Below, one piece after another: positions 50,101 to 58,463 of a stretch of DNA of 63,852 nucleotides; the stretch's first letter is position 1, and each line of letters opens with the position of its first letter. The notes beneath the pieces were generated by a model, which worked only from the letters and a program-made list of their open reading frames with translations, searched no databases and had not been told where the DNA came from. The translations under genes were made by a program, and so were the position numbers. This stretch comes from Asterias rubens (Eukaryota), in assembly GCF_902459465.1 (NCBI RefSeq), contig NW_022985694.1:310001-373852 (forward strand). The letters run 5' to 3'.

Positions 50101-53100
50101 TACCATGAACTTCAAAAGCATTTTTTTAAAGATCTCATCCCGTGTTCAGTCTAGCAATGACCTTTACAATAAAAATCAAGTGTCATGGGTCTTGAAAAGT
50201 TGTTTCCTTGTCTTTGGCTTAATTCAGACTGAAAGGTCTGAAAGATGTTAGCAAACAGACTGTAGTTGCTCAAGTTGGTGAATTCAAACTTTTTAAGAAC
50301 CGTTAGTTCCCAGGTAAATGCATCATTGGCTCTTGTTAAAAAAAATCATTTTTTTTACACGGTAATCTTGTATAACTTGTCTTTGGGTTCAATAAGTGAA
50401 AAAAGTAGTTTTAACAAATTGTTCTTACCCGATGGTGTCCTTGATCTGGACTTTTGAGTTGTTTTCCACCTCCTCATGGTCATCAGCATCAACCCAATCT
50501 TCAAAATCACGGTCCCAAAGCTGTGTTTGGCAGGCACTTAGTCCAAATAGTTCACATGCCTTTTTCTTAATGTCTTCAACTTTCACTATCTCCCCACTGT
50601 TCAGGTCAAAGTTAACCCTTCTATTTTTTTCTCCATAAATAAACAAGTATCTATTTAAAAAGAAAAATAAAAGAAATCATTCGGAATCTCCATTTGTTTT
50701 ATTCAGATTTTTTTGTATTTGCCTCCTTTTTTTTAAATGTACCAAAACTGAGTTTAAAGCAGCTGGGCACTGACAAAGAACTATCATTTTGCTGTCTGCT
50801 GGAAACCTATGTGTGTTCTTTAACAAAGCAATACATGCACAACTGAAATTTATTTTTAATGATTACACTATGGGGACACTACATGTATGTGATGACGTAG
50901 TACAACAACCTCACCCATGTTACTATGATAGACCCCTAAAGGATAATGATCTACAAGTTGAGATACTTCCAGGACAGAGAACTCATCAGTCAATGTTAGT
51001 ACATAGCCAGAGATGTGACGTATATATTCACTGTCCCTAGTGTTTTGGGTTACAAGATACACTTTGCCATCAATCAAGCAACACATCTCTATAACACCAA
51101 ACTCCACTAGTCCATCTTGACTAAATCCTACAGCAACTGCGAGACCATTGCAATACCAGGTACCAGCACACAACACTTTCTTCGCAGTGTACACTGACTC
51201 CCCATTGACTAGTGGTTGCAGAATGTTTTGTATGGATTTCAACAAAATCCTCATTGGAACAACATGACCACAGGTGTGATCAACCATATCTTGCATGAGA
51301 AATGTTTTCTTTGTTCTCATCCAGGCCTGGTAGTACTCATGCCTCATTGCAAGCGTCTTACTCATGTTTCGTCTGTTTTTTGACCGGTTGGCGAGTTCCT
51401 TGAAGTACAAGTGTTTCCCCTCATACCTCAATGTCCAGCAATTTACGAGTGGTCCAAACTTCAATAGCAACTTTGGATAGTGAACTATGTAATGGAACTT
51501 TGGCTTCATTGAATTATCTGGAAACTCGATGAAGTAACTCTGTAGGAACATTGCAATCAGGTCTGCAAGGAATTCAGTTAGCGGGACATCTACTTGATAT
51601 GAAGTACAGACTTGCACTACATCCCCAAGAAGAAGTAACACTGACCACACACTATCATCTTCTGGAACTCTATGACCTACCATAAGTGGTAAAAGGCGAA
51701 GGAAACACCATGCTTGTACAGCCTTTTGCTTCACTTTGAATTTTCCTAGTTGGGATGCCATTTTGGATGGTTTGTTTGTTTTGTCGGTACCTCTGTACGG
51801 AAAGTTTTCCACTTGGTCATTTAGAAATTCCAGTGTAAAGTATTCTTGTCCGACACAATGACGAATGACATTTTCAATAACATCTGGCACTATACCCTCA
51901 AAGAAGTCATGAGCAATATCTGGTGGTAATCCATGTACAACATGAAAATTGTCCAGTTGGTGAAGTGGACTTACTCTCTTGATTCCATACACATGTGCTA
52001 CAGCTGGCATTTGAGTCGCTAAATCTGATTGTTGGTTGTATGAATCCTTTGTTCTAAGAACGAGATCTGTGTCACGGAAATGGTCTTTCAAAGTGTGTTT
52101 TGTGATCATGCAGTATCTACACATACGATCTGTGTTGAAACTCTCTTGGAAGCCTCCGATTCCATGTGCAGCCAAGTTGTCCGCCACAACCATCGAAAGA
52201 GATCCCTTGAAGTTGTACATCATGCCATCCTTTTCAACATTTAATCCAACAGATTCCAATTGTTTCATATCTTGTATGAAAGGGGCCAGTACCTGTAGTA
52301 TTCCGTATTCTACCAATACTTCTGATGGACAAAGTATAACAAGTTGAATAGAGCAAAGCTTGGAGCGAAATTCTGGGGGAAGATTACCAAGACAAAAGTA
52401 GAAAGCCGAGAATTTCAGCTGTTTTACTTTATTTCCTATAGGATTAGCAACTGTGAAGTCATCATAATATAATTGGACTTCAATAGTTGAATGATTCTGT
52501 GAGAACAACTTGTTGTCTTTGTAGAAGGAACCATCGCAAAAATCTTTGATAAACCCCTCACTTTGATGTCCATTTACCACTTCAGCAAAGATGTCATCTT
52601 TGTTTAAAAGGGATTTCAGAGTCTCCAAAACACTGACATACTGCATAGACTTCACCTTACCATTTTGTCTTCCCAAAACATACTCAACAGGCTCAACAAA
52701 GTCAAAATTATTCTTAACAAAGGTGTTAAGTTGGTTGGTTTTCCTGAACAAATTAAAAGACTCTTCCATGTCTGATTGGCTGAAAATTTCTTGTAATTCT
52801 TCAGCTCTCACTTGAGGAAGCAAATCTTGAGCTCTCTTGTGCAGTTGCTCCCTTGCTTGTTCAATTATGTTTTCTACTTCATCTGCAACATGACTGCATA
52901 TTTGATCACATACTTTAAACTGCTCTCGCAAGCCTAATATAAAACTGGAAGCTACTCGATCAGTATCTACAGGATTTTGTGCTTCTTCATTTGGCAAAAA
53001 TCCTTCCTCTACCTCTTCATCGCTACTGGCTTCTGATAGTACACCATCTTCCTCATTCATTCCTTGCCCCTCGAAACCATTTTCTGGTGCCAGTCTTTCA

Positions 53101-55488
53101 TACCTGCCCCAAAATGCAGAGTGCATTTTCTTCACATGAAGCTGGAATGATCTAACACTGCGGAAAACCCTCTGACAACCTTGTAAACCACATGTTATAA
53201 GTGACCTTGGACCATTGTGAATGTACCTGTAGTGATTCAACAGTCTCAGTAAATTTTGTGATCTATATTCACATTGACTGCATATAAAATCTTCCATTGT
53301 CTGAGTTTTCTTGTAGCAAAAACCAATTCGCTTTTCATTTTTAATTAAATCTTTGTCAGTGTTGCTGCTTCCTTATGATTGGCAAGCAAGATAAAAATAC
53401 AGCTGAGGACAAATTGAGCCTTCAAAACATTGCATTATCCCCACCCCCTTTAAGTTTAATTTTTAACTACACTGTTTTAGTAGTCTTAGAGGAGACCGTC
53501 AAATTAGAAAGGTGACTGTGTTGATTGAGAAAGATTGAAGATGGTGTCCGATTGTTAATGTTGTTTGATGGAGACTGACCTGTAACATGAAAATGAAATG
53601 TGAAATGAAATAAAAAAAAACAAAAAACAAAAATGAGAATGGCCTATAATCTGGACGCCATCGTTTTTTAAATTCCAACAATTAACTATTCAAAGTTCAA
53701 ATAAAATGCTTTTAAAGGACTTTGAAAAAAAAATTGATAATTAAAATTGTATGTCATAATTTTTTGACATATTGTTCAGTTTGACATATTGTTCAGTTTT
53801 TTTCTAGAAATTTTGTTAACAATGAGATAAAAATTATGCCTTTTGAAAAATGCATTTTGCTAATCAAGGTCAAAGGTAATATTTTTACACATGTACATTA
53901 TTATACATGCACATAATAAGCACACGCATATGTACATACTTTTTAAGTTTTCATCCTTAACCGCCATTGTTCAAATAATCATAATTCAAACTGTGCGCGT
54001 GCCCATCCCAACCTTTCTAGAAATATTGCTAATGTACATCTTAAGCTAACATTGAGATAAAAATTATACATATAAAAAAAATGACCTTGCTAATCAAGGT
54101 CAAATGTAATTTTTTTGCGTAATTAATGTTTTTGTGGTACATAATATAATGTTGATTTAGTTTTTATGAAATCTGGGACATATTAAGAGCTTTAAACTGG
54201 TGTAAAAATTATCACTGTAGGCCCCTAGGTGTTTTATTTTTAGAGATGGTTATCAAAACATGACAATAGGTCATTCCGTGTCAATTCAACACGCTTTTGG
54301 ACTTGACCAACACAGATTGAAACGTTACTTGGTGTGCTGAATGGACTTATTGAGAAACCACCAGAACAGACATTTTATGTCATTCAGATAATTACTTTTT
54401 GAGATACAGCTTAACAAACTTTTGACTAATTAGCTTGACCCTCTATGTTTGGACAACCATATCTCCAAAAGTAAAGCACCCACATAAATAAATTTTCCAC
54501 TATTTTAAAGCTCTTGACATGGCCTTCATTTAATAAAATAAGGAGAAAAAATTCCACGTAGCACAACAAAATTACGCACAAATGTGACATTTGCCCTTGA
54601 TTTGCGAAAATGTATATTTTTCAAAATGCGTAATTTTTTCATTGTTAGCTCATGATATAAGCAACATTTTCAGAAAAATTTAGGATGGGCACTCTTACAG
54701 TTTTGGAGTTATGATAATATGAACACAGGCTATAAAGGTTAAAAACTTTAAATGAATGTACATATGCAGGTGTACATACATGTATACAGCTGTACATGTA
54801 CATCATGTACACGTACATCATGTACACGTACATCATGTACACGTACATCATGTACACGTGTATACAGTAGGCCTATAATAGTTAGTACTGTACTTTAAAA
54901 ACATGTCCCATGACATGACTCATGTGCAGTGGCATAATTAGAAGGGGTGGGGGCAGGGCGGCCTCCACCCCCTCCTCCTCCCCCCCCCCCCCAACCCTCA
55001 TTGAAATCATAAAAAATGTTTTTTTAAAATGTGTAAATCAAGTAACATATTAAATGGCTTGCACTTCTTGGGCCCCAAAAGTAAAATCTTTGCCCCCACA
55101 TGCCCCCCCCCCCACCCCCCAAAAAATTGTGCGTAATTTTGTTAAATGCTAAGTGGAATTTTTTTCTCCGTCAAGAGCTTTAAAATAGTGGAAAGTGTTA
55201 TGTGGGTGCTTTACTTTTGGAGATATGGTTGTCCAAACATAGAGGGTCAAGCTAATTAGTCAAAAGTTTGTTAACCTGTATCTCAAAAAGTAATTATCTG
55301 AATGACATAAAAATTCAGTTCTGGGGGTTTCTCAGTAAGTCAAATCAGCACACCAAATTTTGTGTCGATCCGTGAAGGTCAGGTCCAAAAGCCTGTTGAA
55401 CTGACATGGAATGACCCATAAGCCAAATTCAAATCTTGGCGGTTTAGAGAATAACAAAATTAGAAACTAACCTTGCCTTCCAAGACAT
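28252..55488 (-). CDS. SAMD3-like EnSpm accessory protein, 491 aa; exons 55488-55472, 50650-50429, 41355-41146, 40254-40155, 39995-39621, 30398-30215, 29778-29690, 28530-28252
   Basis: All seven introns are GT-AG with matching phases; 1,476 nt with no internal stop. Motifs recalled from SAMD3-like proteins: WDRDFEDWVD, YPTSEQY, WKYRLQYKFANSR, TLADRR...YPWL...EFNRL, FYVFNLAYP. Exon 1 is assigned on phase fit only. Confidence 0.8.
33043..33632. mobile_element. Foldback element with back-to-back tRNA-derived segments and a nested MITE (~33259-33548); mirrored at ~55948-56537
   Basis: Inverted ends GCCCTACACCGATGTGATAAGCACTG; A/B-box-like motifs on both strands. The nested element has GG[G/T]CCCAATTTCATAAA TIRs. 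Confidence 0.65.
34162..35310. mobile_element. Non-autonomous element with long imperfect inverted arms; mirrored at ~54270-55420
   Basis: GGTCATTCC[A/G]TGTCA[G/A]TTCAAC ends; internal arm TTTTGACTAATTAGCTTGACCCTCTATGTTTGGACAACC is inverted at ~35095-35165. Confidence 0.65.
34721..34790 (+). repeat. 15-bp tandem repeat (CGTGTACATGATGTA) x~4; mirrored at ~54795-54860
   Basis: Direct reading of the sequence. Confidence 0.9.
35978..37504 (+). pseudogene. Duplicated last two exons of the SAMD3-like gene in the deletion derivative (35978-36066, 37226-37504)
   Basis: Reverse-complement copies of 29778-29690 and 28530-28252; upstream exons 2-6 are deleted. Confidence 0.85.
40808..41135 (+). mobile_element. 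tRNA-derived SINE, 5'-truncated
   Basis: B box GGTTCGAGTCC, GTGTCCTTGAGCAAGACACTTAAC core, 3' stem-loop and (TAT)n tail. Flanked by TTATACTT direct repeats at 40800-40807 and 41136-41143. Confidence 0.8.
41447..42296 (-). repeat. 3' LTR
   Basis: Direct repeat of 49208-50057; I saw about four substitutions by eye. Confidence 0.97.
42297..42310 (-). other. Polypurine tract
   Basis: CTAGTAGGGGAGAA on the minus strand, directly abutting the 3' LTR. Confidence 0.8.
42567..43148 (-). CDS. SGNH/GDSL-family hydrolase (esterase/lipase), Gypsy ORF3, 193 aa
   Basis: Block I FGHSF (Ser), block II GEGG, block III DLGTND, block V DGVH (Asp/His). Intact ORF between pol and the PPT. Confidence 0.9.
   Translation of the reverse strand: MSFVLFGHSFVKRLKRKRGSQFKIELQSKVVPVTCIGEGGLTLSRIRARPRKYYEYLRQANPLVLIIDLGTNDLCSKNVNPNQVHSSLCDFVYELPKRGINPEVIVFLPVLPRTGGLRGGQVSLEEFNDRAERFNDLIQQSTFVEDQWWLWEHRGLKNSRYNLDGVHLNTSGRALYEKTLRQITKYFESRIWA
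43399..47589 (-). CDS. pol: Gypsy Pol polyprotein (protease, RT, RNase H, integrase)
   Basis: LDTGAETS, YLDD, RNase H EIDAS, HHCC (HDGWGH..CEQC), LAIDF / HSDQG / ERFN and a GPY/F-like DPYVV. 1396 aa uninterrupted. Confidence 0.97.
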   Translation of the reverse strand: MTEEQSGKASPVGSVTEKSYEDILTSLVKESPKAHIALAGVPVECILDTGAETSLISASFYRDHLAGKLSGVKTLGTYLRVFGAGNSEVPIEGYIHAPLMVHNQTIDAHFLVVKEFPKGEAGNHTSFPVLLGCNVLHKLKDIEVDLEQKDADAWAMAINWYSLTKNPVVEGSHGANKCVRDPLGARTGRNPVHLLPREVRSITCYVQANQSSLDGQTVLVEGLSSCADSGGQTSNIDGNCRVYDLCTVVSGRTVNVLVANVGMRVIELSPHTKLAYVTEVSSKTNVALETGVDCVHVVVNHCLSESGEYLDTGRTEGAPGVDSNELDIEMGDAVESRARELYVFEDGSEYQLPYGLSLDLCADLCKEDQDKIVQLIQKHDKVFSQNSLDLGLCDKVPHKIDTTDDKSISQPYRRIPPQHFREVRELLQKFLDQGIIQKSKSPYASPIVLVQKKDGSLRICVDYRRLNAKTVRDSFPLPRIEESLEALQGARYFSSLDLAHGYHQVVMDSESISKTAFRVPFGLFEYTRMPFGLVNAPGTFQRVMEMCLGDLNLSELLIYLDDILVYSSTVQEHIDRLDRVFTRLADFGLKIKGAKCKLFRRHVSYLGHVVGPEGVAVDNDKIKRIEDWPIPKTGAQLRSFLGLAGYYRRFVPGFSKIAAPLHALVPSLAKGNSRSKPSPFCWSSEAQVAFDTLKQTLTQAPVLAYPDFSRPFVLEIDASLQGLGACLAQCDKEGKRHPVAFASRGLRGAEARYPDFSSFKLELLSLKWAVVDKFRDYLLGVPFTVLTDNNPLSYLQTAKLGACEMRWIAQLAAFTFDVKFRSGASNRVADALSRNPSHSLTGEVEEILQCKVHSTVVPLQHIEVHKVLTSHDTKAGPPQVKCQSGIFPSWTPEQLSALQRADPVLKCIWERWDQGWKPNEVFQAEREEPVEIKSWLWQWPRFIEKDGVLHRRVMDPLHGELDQVLMPTSLQQRVLEGCHDGWGHQGVVRTCALLRRRVFWPKMAGSVRRHIGHCEQCVISKASEPQAKVPMRHLLAFRPLEVLAIDFVKIDRGAGGYEDVLVMTDIYTKFVQAYPCKDQHAVTVAKVLRNQWFSKYGIPCRLHSDQGRNFEGEVVRELCALYGMKKTRTTPYHPEGNAQTERFNRTLFGLIKSMDERDRRRWPDLLQHLVFVYNATPHCTTGVAPYLLMFGREPLIPLDQMLGRTDNDWDQDFVREQSSLLSRASELVKERVAKSCNRNKATYDRKVKPSKPIEIGSHVLLRKCAFKGRHKLADKFERDPYVVVWINEHSDVFRIRPLKGGPERVVNRKLLRLDPFAESDTENESDESDGDSDWEVLHTEPSGDQSLVQDLQGVSNVEVGEPPSLHCPASEHLRSSQRTTRGKHSNPFRLPCSAIK
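47581..47622 (-). promoter_or_regulatory. Putative -1 ribosomal frameshift signal (G GGA AAC + hairpin)
   Basis: Heptamer at 47622-47616 in the gag frame, 7-nt spacer, then stem CTCTGCCACT/AGTGACAGAG. pol is in the -1 frame and open across the heptamer. Confidence 0.75.
47595..48701 (-). CDS. gag: Gypsy Gag (capsid + CCHC zinc knuckle), 368 aa
   Basis: CFYCKRPGHMKHEC knuckle; position between the PBS and pol. Confidence 0.92.
   Translation of the reverse strand: MAVPEADLVTRLVAGLTEALRQDKPKNVIQRPLKLGKYYGRPSKPGDPTIIEWLEDAEVYLQQCRIPEVDRAKVVVHHLAGVARDEIKCHNENVTGDYAALKKLLRRQFGAEESVQALQKALFERRQREDESLMDFSRSLMRMHDRILEVATETEKDALKGLRDRVLIGQFVAGARNQGVRLELRRLELAEPDQDFTEMRDSARELFRDLEEYPRGSRRGASVHLHHLGTENDLNSDEPVADANVSINQVVNKSQGDTQLQTVLQQQQEILKCMQAQQETLCKQQEQITTLMQAVVKQSGTVTSQGMYEGSGRRQDRPPIRCFYCKRPGHMKHECKLRMAHEKANGGQGQAMGDAQNTGSGNQTSLPL
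49185..49203 (-). other. Primer binding site
   Basis: TGGTAACACGGATGGGGTT, 4 nt after the 5' LTR, complementary to a tRNA CCA end; the isoacceptor is uncertain. Confidence 0.75.
49208..50057 (-). repeat. 5' LTR
   Basis: See 3' LTR. Confidence 0.97.
50868..53297 (-). CDS. EnSpm/CACTA-type (animal) transposase, 809 aa, single exon
   Basis: Two N-terminal C2H2-like fingers, QLYYDDF..NPIG, FYFCLGNLPP..RS, ADNLAAH..GGF.ESF..CRYC, PPDIAHD..EG and KPKFHY..HYP...FGPL..WT.RYEGKH. No stops. Confidence 0.93.
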   Translation of the reverse strand: MEDFICSQCEYRSQNLLRLLNHYRYIHNGPRSLITCGLQGCQRVFRSVRSFQLHVKKMHSAFWGRYERLAPENGFEGQGMNEEDGVLSEASSDEEVEEGFLPNEEAQNPVDTDRVASSFILGLREQFKVCDQICSHVADEVENIIEQAREQLHKRAQDLLPQVRAEELQEIFSQSDMEESFNLFRKTNQLNTFVKNNFDFVEPVEYVLGRQNGKVKSMQYVSVLETLKSLLNKDDIFAEVVNGHQSEGFIKDFCDGSFYKDNKLFSQNHSTIEVQLYYDDFTVANPIGNKVKQLKFSAFYFCLGNLPPEFRSKLCSIQLVILCPSEVLVEYGILQVLAPFIQDMKQLESVGLNVEKDGMMYNFKGSLSMVVADNLAAHGIGGFQESFNTDRMCRYCMITKHTLKDHFRDTDLVLRTKDSYNQQSDLATQMPAVAHVYGIKRVSPLHQLDNFHVVHGLPPDIAHDFFEGIVPDVIENVIRHCVGQEYFTLEFLNDQVENFPYRGTDKTNKPSKMASQLGKFKVKQKAVQAWCFLRLLPLMVGHRVPEDDSVWSVLLLLGDVVQVCTSYQVDVPLTEFLADLIAMFLQSYFIEFPDNSMKPKFHYIVHYPKLLLKFGPLVNCWTLRYEGKHLYFKELANRSKNRRNMSKTLAMRHEYYQAWMRTKKTFLMQDMVDHTCGHVVPMRILLKSIQNILQPLVNGESVYTAKKVLCAGTWYCNGLAVAVGFSQDGLVEFGVIEMCCLIDGKVYLVTQNTRDSEYIRHISGYVLTLTDEFSVLEVSQLVDHYPLGVYHSNMGEVVVLRHHIHVVSP

Positions 55489-58463
55489 GCTGCTGATGAT
55501 GAAATGGGTTTCTCACAGGACAAAGCTGCTCAGACTACAACGGAAATATAGCAAAACCTACAACTTTACTATTAAATAAAAGTATTCAAAATAACAGAAA
55601 ATCTTAAATGAAACATCTTATCTATTTAAATGCAGACAGGATGGATTTTAAAAAGACAATGTTTGAAAGATGTATTGTCCCGCATTTGAGTTATAGGTGC
55701 TGTTTTATATTTAGAACTTGAATGGCAACCAATCAGAACATACAATTAAGCAAGCTAAGCTGTAAACAAAACAAAAGAGCTCACAGTTCTGATGGTTATT
55801 ATTTTTTGCATAAAACAATCCCCACTCAGTGGAGATGGTTGTCAAAATATTTTCTCTCCAAGTTCTGTGAAGTCTGTGGCTTATAATTGTGCTAAAAAGG
55901 AACAAATATTCAGTGTGGTGTGAGTATAGATGATGCCTTAAAATGTTGTTTTGCCCTACACCGATGTGATAAGCACTGAATATATATTCAGTGCTTTCGA
56001 GTCTTGCGGATAAAAAATTCCACAGGCAACATGGTCCCAATTTCATAAAAGATGTAAGCAGCAGTTCCCTCAGCAGAATTTCTATTTCATAAAGCTGTTT
56101 ATCGTAAGCAAGGGTAAATGCTGGCTAACCCGCTGTTAGCACATGAGTGACGTAACAATGCAAATCCATGGTGAACGTGCATGCGCGCTGCGAAATTTTC
56201 TGCTAACTTGAGAAATCATGGTGAATGAAATACGTTTACATATGTATGCTTGAGCACATTTTTCTGCAACAGTAAGCACAAAAATGTGCTTACCGGTAAA
56301 CAGCTTTATGAAATTGGGCCCTTGTCAGGATTCGAACCTATGACTCCTGCGTGACTACAGCAGATGTCTAGACCACCAAGCCCGGTACCCACTGCAAATA
56401 ATACTGGATCCGCCTTGCTCAGTGGTCTAGTGGTTAAGTCGTGGGTTCGAAACCCACCTGAGTTGCCTGTGGAACTTTTTCCCCAGGACTTGAAAGCTCC
56501 TGAGTATACAGTGCTTATCACATCGGTGTAGGGCAAGACATTTGTTTTACTCATTTCCCATGATGCAATTATTACATATATTTAAAGGTTTACTGAAATA
56601 CAAAGTATGATGCTTTGATATTGCACCTTATATTGTTTTTAAATGATTAAGTTGGAAAAAAGTCTTGTGCATCCCTGTGTAATTTTAAATGATTTATTTC
56701 CTTTAAAAATAATTGTCTTCATGAACTCCTAAATAGGTCACTTTTTGACATGGCTAGATTCTCAACATGACCTCACATTCATTGAACAGAATTGAGTGAG
56801 TTTGTTAAAAGAAAAAACACATATTTGTCATTCATTTGACAGACCCCATTTCAGAACAATTGTTTTCTGGAATAGCTCAGGAAACATGTAAGATGATGTC
56901 ACATTGAGAATCCAGCCATTGTCAGCAAGTGACCTATTTTTATTGGCATTCCTGAAGCCTTATTTTTTAAAGGAAATAAATCATGTGTACAATGGAATGT
57001 ATAAAATGATTTTTTACAACTAAATCATTAAAAAAATTATGAGGTGCAACATAAAAGTATCAATACTTTGTGCTTCAGTAAACATTTAAAGAATTATACC
57101 TTGTCCTCGTTAGTTGCTACATTATAAGTCTTAACTTGATAGTCAAAAATTTGGGGCTGATGGACTATAGAGTTGCGATATCTACATTCCATCGCTTGGT
57201 ACACTTGATTTTCCGGACATGCTACCGTTATTACTTGTTACTTGTCGTTAGGCCTACGTTTGTTACATGGAAACTTTAATGCCCATGTTTTCAAATTCAA
57301 GTTAGTTATGAATATGAACTTATTTTTAAATGTAAAGTCCTTGCTGATTGGAAGACATTTAGGACCGCACTTTATGATGGCCAATAAATAATAAGCTTTG
57401 ACCATCCCCATAATATTATAATATAGCATGGGTTGATTTAAACATTAACCGACTAGGCCTTGCACATCATGTGTCGTGCAGTAAAGCCTAAAGCAAGGGC
57501 ATGCATTGCATACAAACTACAATGATTAGGCCCATCGTTTGTGTACACACACGTACACTATACACACGCCCGTAGCCCCACTGGAAAAACAACAACATGC
57601 TAAACAAGCTTTTTTGTTTTGTCCTTTTACAGTCGCTATATCTTGAAAATATACAAACTTTACAATAAAGTGTTCTACATTAAATTCTCAGTCTGGCAAT
57701 ATTAATTATAGGGTGAAAATCAGAGATTTTAAACTTGAATCTACCTGATAAACTTCGCCTGCATGCTCCTTTTTGACACGTAATGCAAGGCCTAGCCGCC
57801 GTTAAGTGCTGGCCTATGGCTATGCACCTAGAGTTCTGTGGCCAAAAACACTAAAAGCTTTTCCACAATATGATTGTAGACTAACGTCAATGTAACGGTC
57901 TCCCTCTGGCTAAGTATGTTACGGTTTTAAAAATGTAACGGGAAAACCAATATTCTCACCTTATTTCTGAAACTGGTCGGAGCCTGGATTGAGCCTCCTT
58001 GCCCTGTGAAGTGTATGTATCACACACGCCGAACGGGAGAGTATCATGTACGCCCTGCATGCTGCAGTTTGCAAGTTAACGGGTACAAGCTAAAAACCCA
58101 AGTTACACACTAACTATACATTGACGTTGCCGCCGGGTACCAGCATCCTGCTAATTCGCGGGCAATTTATATTTTTCCCACATCTAAAATGTTGGGAAGG
58201 CGGGAACATGACCAATCTTACTTAGTCAAAGCACCGTAGCTTCATACCAGTCAAAATTAGTCAAAACCCGACATTTTGACTATATCGTATTAGTCCAAAC
58301 AAAATTCTAGTCACGGGTTAAAGTTCTGACTTATAGTGATTAGTCACAGCAAATATAAGATTAGTCAGGCTAACATTACATTAGTCAGAGACACAGGACT
58401 AGGCAAACTTAGTCATTTTGACCAATTTATAAGCAAGATTGACTAACTATTTTTTACAGTGTA

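Larger units (their letters stand above)
26156..58461 (-). mobile_element. EnSpm/CACTA-type DNA transposon, 32.3 kb with nested insertions (~15 kb native)
   Basis: Termini CACTCTGAAAA... and ...TTTTTTACAGTG; TA duplicated at 26154-55 and 58462-63. Removal restores the satellite AACAAGCG-TA-AGATACGGG. Encodes an EnSpm transposase. Confidence 0.93.

Noticed and set aside
26156-58461. Giant inverted repeats as an assembly artefact, or as Polinton/foldback TIRs
   Set aside because: The arms differ by several SNPs and small indels, the inner copy has its own TA TSD and a discrete deletion junction, and there are no polB, integrase or capsid genes of a Polinton.
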